Shown here: piece by piece, positions 25,749 through 32,000 of the stretch
Layout: each line of letters opens with the position of its first letter
Position numbering within the stretch: position 1 is the stretch's first letter
Origin: Deltaproteobacteria bacterium
GTDB taxonomy: Bacteria > Desulfobacterota > Desulfomonilia > Desulfomonilales > Desulfomonilaceae
NCBI GenBank assembly: GCA_036821825.1
Contig: DAISIV010000040.1
Location: 39 to 32,038, forward strand
DNA: 32,000 bases
Direction of reading: 5' to 3'
Notes under the pieces: generated by a model
Database searches by the model: none
What the model was told of the DNA's origin: nothing
The model's input: the letters and a program-made list of their open reading frames with translations, nothing else
Translations under genes and position numbers: made by a program

Positions 25749-26165
25749 TTGAAACGATTTCTGATAGCATGGCTCCTGTTTGTCTTGTGCCATGCAAACG
25801 CCGATGGTTCGGGTGGTATTACACCTGAGCAGATTTATCAAACCAATCTCGACTGGCAGACAGTCATTGGCAGTTGGGAGAAACTTCCCGAAGAAAATCC
25901 CCTGGCCGAAAAACCCAACGGTTTTAAGGACCCTTCGTTCCGATCTTTGATCACCCTGAGGAAGGATGGGACCTGTAGAATTTTCAATGAAGCTTACCCC
26001 TCCGGAATCGATGGTGTTTGGTCTTACGATGACCACAGTATTTCAGTCACGCTGCCCAACAAGGTCAAGATCAATATGTACGTCTATGGGGTGAGGGGCG
26101 ATTTTATGATCACTCGTACCCCCGAAAAAAATGGTGTGGACCAGCTATGGTCGCGCGTCAAGTAA
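25749..26165 (+). CDS. Hypothetical secreted protein
   Basis: 138 aa with TTG start. Convincing signal peptide MKRFLIAWLLFVLCHANA, then a beta-rich-looking mature domain (DGTCRIFNEAYPSGIDGVWSYDDHSISVTL...MYVYGVRGDFMITR). I prefer it over the overlapping minus-strand ORF 25572-26036, whose translation looks non-protein-like. Confidence 0.55.
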   Translation: MKRFLIAWLLFVLCHANADGSGGITPEQIYQTNLDWQTVIGSWEKLPEENPLAEKPNGFKDPSFRSLITLRKDGTCRIFNEAYPSGIDGVWSYDDHSISVTLPNKVKINMYVYGVRGDFMITRTPEKNGVDQLWSRVK

Positions 26166-26334
26166 TATCCATTGTCACAATTTAATACTCAGTCTGATTT
26201 GTAAAAAAAATAATTCAACCTATCCGTGATTGATTTGACCGGTCAGTATTTCTTATGTTGGCGGAGGTTTACCTGTTATTCATGAACCAGAGGCCTGCCA
26301 ACCCCCCAGGAAACGTCTGATGCGCAAAACTTCG

Positions 26335-26363
26335 TTGACAATAATTGCCTTCTTGGATATACT
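26335..26363 (+). promoter_or_regulatory. Candidate sigma70 promoter of the TolC/adaptor/GT/IspH-UbiA cluster
   Basis: TTGACA (26335-26340), exact 17 nt spacer, TATACT (26358-26363). It lies about 110 nt upstream of the GTG at 26474. Confidence 0.5.
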
Positions 26364-26473
26364 TACCGCAGAAAATCAGTTTTTTCATAGTTTATAGATA
26401 ATTCAGTATTTACGATTAATTGAATTTAGCCCTTCGAGTAACTTCTTAAAGGGCTTCAGGGTATGGAACAAGC

Positions 26474-27862
26474 GTGAGCGCTTTACACCAAAGTGCAATT
26501 AATTGCAAAAGAAGCGTTGTTCTGGGGTTTCTCAGGCCAGGCATCCTGTCTCGCCCGGTGTCGCCCCTGCTAATATTGGTGACGCTGCTATCCCTGGTGT
26601 TCCTCAGTTCCAACTCCTTAGCCAATACCGGATCACAGCCCAATGATCCCTTCGGCTATTTTGATTTCCCGACATGCGTAAGATATGCGTTCGTACATTC
26701 AGAATCGCTGTTATCGAACAAACTTGATATTCAGGTTGCATCCATAGACCTCAAGGACGCTCATTCTGAATTGATGCCAACTTTCCAGTTGGTGACCCGC
26801 TACTACTTCATCAGGACGGACGACGCAAACAATCCGAATCCCTCAAAGTTTAACGTTCAGTTCCAGATGACAAACTGGAATCCTTATGAAGCGCTGATCA
26901 AGATCAGGGCAAAATCGATTTTTGTGGATTTGGCGAAACTGGCCCACTTTGACAAGATCTCCGAGAATGTCGCTCAGATGGCCAAGCTCTTTTACAGCGT
27001 CAACACACTGCAGTCGACGATTCGTGGACAAAAACAGATTCTGGCTATTCACAACAATAAGGTGAACTTCGGAAAGAGCAAATTTGATCAAGGCAATACC
27101 GATTCCTTCACCCTCCAGTCATGGACCAATTCGCTGAAGGCTCAACAACTCAAGGTCAAAAGTCTGGAGAGGGAACTGGATCAGAAGATATCGCTTCTGA
27201 AATCCCTTATGGGTTATCACCCCGATTATCACCTACCCTTGGATACCAGAGACGCGGCCAACCAGATATTGAACGGCTTCAACGGTCGCTGGATGACGTT
27301 TGCCGACATTCAGGGCCGAAACATCAAACTGAAAATGGCTGCCAAAAAGGAGCAGGCCCAGTCGGTTATGGTCACGGGCGCCTATTTGCAACTCGTGCCC
27401 AAACCTTTGTTCGTTTTCACGGATAACAAGAACACACCCAACACGACCTCAGGTGTTAACATGGCCCTCGGTTTGGATTACATCCTGTGGGACGGCTTCA
27501 AAAGGGTGAGGGATATATCCAGACAGAAATTCAAAGCCCAGCAGCTTGAAATAGACAGAAAGCAACTTTCCGAGAAACTTTACAGTGATTTCAAGAAAAT
27601 CCGTGGTGAGATCGAATCAACCGGTGAACAGTCATCTCTCTCTCGTGAACAGGCTAAACTAGCGGACCTTGCGGAAGAGAAAGCGGCTATTCTGTATAAG
27701 TCCGGAACCATGGATTACGGCGAATATTCAGATCAGAGAATAAAGACGGTCGAGGCTCATCTGAATGTTGCCAACGACCTGCAAAACAGGGTTTTTGAAC
27801 TTATTGATCTGGCTACCATGGCAGGAGGTTTAAACAAGTACAATGCCGCAATTCGATACTGA
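26474..27862 (+). CDS. TolC-family outer membrane efflux protein
   Basis: 462 aa. N-terminal hydrophobic signal region (LLILVTLLSLVFLSSNSLA). OEP-type start of the first repeat: FPTCVRYAFVHSESLLSNKLDIQVASIDLKDAHSELMPTFQLVTRY. A second repeat has long predicted helices, and the sequence ends in an aromatic residue. The GTG start is uncertain. Confidence 0.78.
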   Translation: MSALHQSAINCKRSVVLGFLRPGILSRPVSPLLILVTLLSLVFLSSNSLANTGSQPNDPFGYFDFPTCVRYAFVHSESLLSNKLDIQVASIDLKDAHSELMPTFQLVTRYYFIRTDDANNPNPSKFNVQFQMTNWNPYEALIKIRAKSIFVDLAKLAHFDKISENVAQMAKLFYSVNTLQSTIRGQKQILAIHNNKVNFGKSKFDQGNTDSFTLQSWTNSLKAQQLKVKSLERELDQKISLLKSLMGYHPDYHLPLDTRDAANQILNGFNGRWMTFADIQGRNIKLKMAAKKEQAQSVMVTGAYLQLVPKPLFVFTDNKNTPNTTSGVNMALGLDYILWDGFKRVRDISRQKFKAQQLEIDRKQLSEKLYSDFKKIRGEIESTGEQSSLSREQAKLADLAEEKAAILYKSGTMDYGEYSDQRIKTVEAHLNVANDLQNRVFELIDLATMAGGLNKYNAAIRY

Positions 27863-28940
27863 CAAGCCCAAACCAAGGGCCAAAGCCTATGGTGTGCTTC
27901 TGGCCAGTATAGTGGCGGTAGCCTCTCTGGTTTTATTGGTGGTGACGCAGGAACCCAAGAAGGCAGTATCCAGCCCTGTGCCCGCCAAGGCCGCCATCGT
28001 GCCGCAAATCGCCGACGCCAAGTCTGAGGCTGAGATAATTTTCAGAGGCAAGAGTTTTTCGGATCTACAGAGAAGAATTGTGCTTCCTTACGGAGGCGAG
28101 ATCATTAGCATAGACGCCAAGGAAGGTCAGCCGGTTACCCAGGATGCCGTCCTGGTCAAATACAAGCTCGATCGCCAGTCCATGATGCAGGTCCACCAGA
28201 TACTTTTCCCGTCGCAGGTAATCAGTCTCAAGAACGCTTTGTACGATCAACAGATCAACCTCGAAAAACTCGTCAAGGTCTCATTGCCGGTTAAACAAAT
28301 GGCCCTTGAGAGATCTGAACAGGAACTTGCGGATATTAGGTCCCTTCAATCCAAAGGGCTCGCTGAGGCAGAGGGAGTTACGAACAAGGAACGCGAGACT
28401 GACAGCTCCCGCAAGCAGGTGCTTGAGGTTCAGAAAACCATAAAACAGGCCGAAGACGGCATTCGAAAGACTGAGGAAGACCTCAAATTCATGGAAAACA
28501 AGCAAAAGCGGGATTTGGATCTGCTTGAATATCAGACCAAGCGTGTTTACAATAATTCCGATTTGCCCCTGGACGTAGCTTTCATATCTGCGCCAATCAA
28601 TGGTCAGGTGATCTGGCTTTCTCCGGAATTGAGGGTCAATAGTGAACTCAATGCTGGCTCTCCTGTTTTAACCGTGGCCACCACCCATCCAATGATCGTT
28701 AGATGCAAGGTTCACGAACTGGATTTGGTTAAACTCAAAACAGGGGACCGCGGATCTGTAACATTTGACGCCATTCCGGAAAAGAGATTCCCTTGTAAGG
28801 TTAGTCGGATTCCTTGGGTCAGCAGAAACCCGGCGCTTGAATCGCCTGCGGATTATGAGATAGAGTGTCTGCTCGACAACATGGAAGGGCGCATCAAGGA
28901 CGGCCTTACCTGTAATGTCAAGATTAGCGTGACTCAGTAG
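27843..28940 (+). CDS. HlyD-family periplasmic adaptor (membrane fusion protein)
   Basis: 365 aa. N-terminal TM anchor AYGVLLASIVAVASLVLLVV and lipoyl-like half GGEIISIDAKEGQPVTQDAVLVKY. A long charged coiled-coil (ERSEQELADIRSLQSKG...KTEEDLKFMENKQKRDL) is followed by ISAPINGQVIWLSPELRVNSELNAGSPVLTV and a beta-barrel (KLKTGDRGSVTFDAIPEKRFPCKVSRI). The start overlaps the TolC-like stop by 20 nt. Confidence 0.8.
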   Translation: MPQFDTDKPKPRAKAYGVLLASIVAVASLVLLVVTQEPKKAVSSPVPAKAAIVPQIADAKSEAEIIFRGKSFSDLQRRIVLPYGGEIISIDAKEGQPVTQDAVLVKYKLDRQSMMQVHQILFPSQVISLKNALYDQQINLEKLVKVSLPVKQMALERSEQELADIRSLQSKGLAEAEGVTNKERETDSSRKQVLEVQKTIKQAEDGIRKTEEDLKFMENKQKRDLDLLEYQTKRVYNNSDLPLDVAFISAPINGQVIWLSPELRVNSELNAGSPVLTVATTHPMIVRCKVHELDLVKLKTGDRGSVTFDAIPEKRFPCKVSRIPWVSRNPALESPADYEIECLLDNMEGRIKDGLTCNVKISVTQ

Positions 28941-29033
28941 GCTGACGACTGATTTTCCATATGGCATCGATAAGATGCCTTTATCCCTGTTTCATGGGGT
29001 AGTTCATCAAGAACAGGGGCGTAGGAAAAAGTA

Positions 29034-30194
29034 TTGTTGATTTTTGCCTTACTCATTATAACGACCGTCCTGGTCGTTTTTTTGTTGATTTTTGGCCTTT
29101 TGCGACTGTATCTGGCGGGTAGGGTTCGTCCTGAATCGGAATCCGGTCAGTCCATGCCGCTAATACAGGTTCTGGTACCCATAAAGGGTTGTTCGGAACA
29201 ACAGGAAACTGTTCTCTCATCTTTGCTGCAACAGGATTACCCATCTTACAAGGTCAGCTTCATCATTGAGGATGAGACTGACGGTTCCAGTGAATTGCTT
29301 CATAAACTGTCACGGCAATACGATCATGCCGAGGTTTTGATTTCTGGCCGGACAGAGTTGTGTGGGCAGAAGAATCATGGTTTATCCTACGCGTCAGGAA
29401 GGCTTCATCAGGACGTAGGGATCCTGGTGACCTGTGACGGCAACAGCATCGCCCAGCGAGACTGGCTCACGTCTTTGAGTCGACCTATCAGGAATGGAAG
29501 GGCCCTGGCAGTTACTACATTTCGAACATTCAATCCGCGGCCTGTCTCGGTTGCAGGTGTTTGTCAGGCAATTTACGGTTCGATGCTATCACTTCTGATA
29601 GCAATTGAACCAAAGCCCTGGGGCGGGTCTACAGCCATTAAGCGGCAATTGTTCGATCTTCTGGATGTGAGGTCTTACTGGAGTCGAACCGTAGTGGATG
29701 ACCTTGTCATGGGGAACCTGCTGATGCAGGCTGGTATTAGACCTTTCTTTTCACCTGTTAGCGTCATGGAAACACCTTTGGCCTCCCAGACTTTTGAAGG
29801 GTTTCTCTCTTTCTTGCATCGGCAGATACTTTTCCCGAAATTCACTAATCCCGGTCTTTGGCTTCTGTCAATGGTCGGACAATATTTATTGGCTTCTGCG
29901 ACGGCAGTGGCCCTGCTAGTGTTTTTGTCATCGCTCCTGACTTTTTCCTTTGGGTTAGAGTCATTTGCGGCGTTTATTTGTCTCGTCACCCTGACCGGAG
30001 CTTTTGTTGTTCTTCACCAAATCAGTCCTCACAGGATTTCCCTTTTCTACTGGCTGGTTTCCGTCCTTCCTTTCATTGCCCTGGCTACATATGTCTATGT
30101 CCGGTCATTATTCGTTAATTACATCGATTGGAGTGGTAAGCGTTATTACTGTGGTCGTCTAGGGGTGGTAACAAAATTTGAATCCCTGCCATAA
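29034..30194 (+). CDS. Membrane glycosyltransferase, GT2/GT21-like (ceramide glucosyltransferase/HpnI-like)
   Basis: 386 aa. N-terminal TM helix, then IQVLVPIKGCSEQQETVLSSLLQQDYPSYKVSFIIEDETDGS, GQKNHGLSYASG...ILVTCDGNS, WGGSTAIKRQLF and VVDDLVMGNLL. Three to four TM helices sit at the C-terminus. TTG start. Confidence 0.75.
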   Translation: MLIFALLIITTVLVVFLLIFGLLRLYLAGRVRPESESGQSMPLIQVLVPIKGCSEQQETVLSSLLQQDYPSYKVSFIIEDETDGSSELLHKLSRQYDHAEVLISGRTELCGQKNHGLSYASGRLHQDVGILVTCDGNSIAQRDWLTSLSRPIRNGRALAVTTFRTFNPRPVSVAGVCQAIYGSMLSLLIAIEPKPWGGSTAIKRQLFDLLDVRSYWSRTVVDDLVMGNLLMQAGIRPFFSPVSVMETPLASQTFEGFLSFLHRQILFPKFTNPGLWLLSMVGQYLLASATAVALLVFLSSLLTFSFGLESFAAFICLVTLTGAFVVLHQISPHRISLFYWLVSVLPFIALATYVYVRSLFVNYIDWSGKRYYCGRLGVVTKFESLP

Positions 30195-30251
30195 AACTAA
30201 TACTTTCCGCTCCTGTTGTTGCGGTCAAGCCTTTGGCTCGGTGCTCCGAAC

Positions 30252-32000
30252 ATGAAAATTCGATTGGCCAGGACAGCCGGATTTTGCATGGGGGTCAGGC
30301 GGGCAGTGGAGATGGCGCTTGATCTTCAGAGAGAAGCGCAGGTTCAACCAATCGTCACCTATGGTCCACTTATCCATAATCCCCAGACCCTGAAGTTACT
30401 GGCCTCAAAGGGAATCTGTCAGGTCAATTCTATTGAGGAAATTCAGGGAGGAACTGTCATAATAAGGGCTCATGGAATATCTCCCCAGGAAAAGGAGCTG
30501 CTAGAGTCAAAGGGAGTTTCAATTATTGACGCCACCTGTCCGAGGGTTTCCCAGGTTCAGGCATTTATTCGCAAGCATGCGGGTATGGGCCATTTTTGCG
30601 TGATTGTTGGGGACGAGGATCATCCGGAAGTTATGGGGCTCAGGGGCTTTGCATCAGCCGGATCTTTGGTGATTTCAGGTCCCGAAATGTCGGACCTCAT
30701 CAATTCCGTTCCTCTTGACAGAACAGTTTGCGTGGTAGCTCAAACCACCCAGGAACCCAGAACTCTCCAGGCTGTAGTGGGAGCGCTCGAATCGGTGGGC
30801 GCAAAAATCAAGGTTTACAACACTATTTGTGATTCTACCAGGAAGAGACAGGCTGAAGTAGAGCAATTGGCCTTAGAGGCCGATATGGTCATAGTTGTTG
30901 GCGGAAAGGGATCTGGAAACACTCAGCGTTTAGCAAAGGTGGCCTCGGATCGCGGGAAGCCGGTGATGCATATTGAAACCGACGAGGAGTTCAGTTCCTT
31001 GGACCTGGAAGGGCTGGAAACAGTCGGCGTTACCGCTGGCGCCAGCACACCCAACTGGCAGATAAGGCAGGTCATAGAGAAATTAAAGCACATAGACATG
31101 GCTAGTCGTGGGGACTGGCTGTCACGGCTCAGAAGGTACGGGGACATCTCCGTCATGATATACGGCTGGGCGGCCCTGGCAGGGGCGGGTTTAACGGTTG
31201 CCTCCCAGACCCTTTTGTCTGAACCTTTGACCTGGATGTCTCCTGCTGTTTCTGCGCTGTTTGTATTCTCAATGCATCTGCTAAATCGATTACAGGAACG
31301 AACCGGCGCTGTCCGATTCAATACTCCCGAGATCGCGTCGTTCTACATAAGACATGAGGTTGCCCTGACCATCATCGGGTCTATTTCGGGCCTCATGGCC
31401 ATTGCGCTGTGTTTCAGTGTAAGCTTTGTATCAGGAATGACCCTAACCTTGATGACCGTAACAGGATTGCTCTATTCGCTGCCCGCAGCGAGGCTCCTAA
31501 GGTTCCCATTTACACACTGGCGCTCACTAAAAGACCTGCCCGGGGCAAAAACACCGCTGGTTGCTACCGGCTGGGCCATGGTAGCAGTTGTTGTTCCTCT
31601 ACTAGACTTCGATTATCACCCGGGAATTTTAAGCCTCCTGGTCACCTTCTCCTTTGCTTTTGGACTTGTCTTCTGGAGAACAGCCTTGTCTGACCTTCTT
31701 GACATACAGGGTGACCGAATAGTCGGGAGAGAGACCATACCCATCCTGCTCGGAGTCGAGAATACGAGAAAACTCCTGAACCGGATTCTCTTATTGTTAG
31801 GGCTCCTGCTACTGTTGTCGGGACTTACCGGCCTAACCTCGGCTGTTTCCTTTTGTCTGATGCTCAGCCTTGCATACAATTATGCCCTCTTCAGGATTCT
31901 TCTGAAAAAGAATCTTGTGGACAGGCTGTTCCTTGAGGCGGTCACTGATATCAATTTTATTTTTGCCGGTTTTCTTTCGGTAGCTTACATGTTATGGTGA
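30252..32000 (+). CDS. ispH: 4-hydroxy-3-methylbut-2-enyl diphosphate reductase (IspH/LytB) fused to a C-terminal UbiA-like polytopic membrane domain
   Basis: The IspH part (about 30252-31090) begins MKIRLARTAGFCMGVRRAV (Cys1) and continues IIDATCPRVSQV (Cys2), VGDEDHPEVMG and YNTICDSTRKRQ (Cys3), then VVGGKGSGNTQRL and GASTPNW. The C-terminal part (about 31110-31997) has 8-9 predicted TM helices. It carries a UbiA-type second Asp-rich motif DLLDIQGDRIVGRETIPILLG (31692-31715 onward) and LKDLPGAKTPLVATGWA. The track starts at TTG 30216. I prefer ATG 30252 by comparison with usual IspH N-termini. The stop codon is the last 3 nt of the window. Confidence 0.85.
   Translation: MKIRLARTAGFCMGVRRAVEMALDLQREAQVQPIVTYGPLIHNPQTLKLLASKGICQVNSIEEIQGGTVIIRAHGISPQEKELLESKGVSIIDATCPRVSQVQAFIRKHAGMGHFCVIVGDEDHPEVMGLRGFASAGSLVISGPEMSDLINSVPLDRTVCVVAQTTQEPRTLQAVVGALESVGAKIKVYNTICDSTRKRQAEVEQLALEADMVIVVGGKGSGNTQRLAKVASDRGKPVMHIETDEEFSSLDLEGLETVGVTAGASTPNWQIRQVIEKLKHIDMASRGDWLSRLRRYGDISVMIYGWAALAGAGLTVASQTLLSEPLTWMSPAVSALFVFSMHLLNRLQERTGAVRFNTPEIASFYIRHEVALTIIGSISGLMAIALCFSVSFVSGMTLTLMTVTGLLYSLPAARLLRFPFTHWRSLKDLPGAKTPLVATGWAMVAVVVPLLDFDYHPGILSLLVTFSFAFGLVFWRTALSDLLDIQGDRIVGRETIPILLGVENTRKLLNRILLLLGLLLLLSGLTGLTSAVSFCLMLSLAYNYALFRILLKKNLVDRLFLEAVTDINFIFAGFLSVAYMLW

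Noticed and set aside
28963-28979. Hairpin GGCATC-GATAA-GATGCC between the adaptor and glycosyltransferase genes, considered as a terminator that would split the cluster.
   Set aside because: The stem is 6 bp and is followed by only TTT. This is insufficient for an intrinsic terminator, so I keep the operon hypothesis while flagging that it needs transcript data.
30216-30251. TTG start giving a 12 aa N-terminal extension (MLRSSLWLGAPN) on IspH.
   Set aside because: IspH proteins normally begin right at the MKIxLAxxAGFCxGV segment. The extension has no RBS advantage, so ATG 30252 is preferred. The choice remains uncertain.
1-32000. Scan for CRISPR arrays, tRNA/rRNA genes, IS elements, integrases, long direct or inverted repeats, and prophage or defence-island signatures.
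   Set aside because: I found no repeat-spacer periodicity, no cloverleaf-like conserved tRNA segments in the intergenic regions I read, and no transposase- or integrase-like ORFs. RecD2 stands alone without defence-system partners. This was a visual inspection only, so short or degenerate elements could have been missed.

Overview
This 32 kb chromosomal window is densely coding. I support 24 protein-coding genes (one truncated at the left edge) and saw no rRNA, tRNA, CRISPR array, transposase or integrase. Gene content suggests an anaerobic Desulfobacterota-type (deltaproteobacterial) genome; this is inference only. Left to right the genes are:
- M16 peptidase (partial), pnp and rpsO, a conserved housekeeping block on the minus strand.
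- A MacA/LolCDE-like ABC efflux operon: HlyD adaptor, stand-alone ATPase and two paralogous FtsX/MacB-type permeases.
- A HAD-like protein.
- A GlcD-like FAD oxidase fused to a GlcF/HdrD-like Fe-S/CCG module.
- An orphan third FtsX permease, then mutS.
- An ArsR-family regulator followed by the mercury-methylation pair hgcA-hgcB.
- A sulfotransferase, an orphan LeuD-type small subunit, glgA and a RecD2-like helicase.
- A small secreted Gly/Pro/Ala/Cys-rich low-complexity protein with a clean terminator.
- A small secreted hypothetical protein.
- An apparent operon of TolC-like outer-membrane factor, periplasmic adaptor, GT2/GT21 (HpnI/ceramide-glucosyltransferase-like) membrane glycosyltransferase, and an IspH fused to a UbiA-like polytopic membrane domain.

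The most interesting items are:
- The TolC/adaptor/glycosyltransferase/IspH-UbiA cluster. It has export parts but no inner-membrane pump, and its fusion protein has no assigned function.
- The arsR-hgcAB locus. It has a perfect palindromic operator candidate over its promoter, and HgcB carries an unusually long poly-cysteine tail.
- The Cys-studded Pro/Gly-rich secreted protein.

All protein calls rest on motifs I read in the supplied translations or in my own manual translation. No database search was run.
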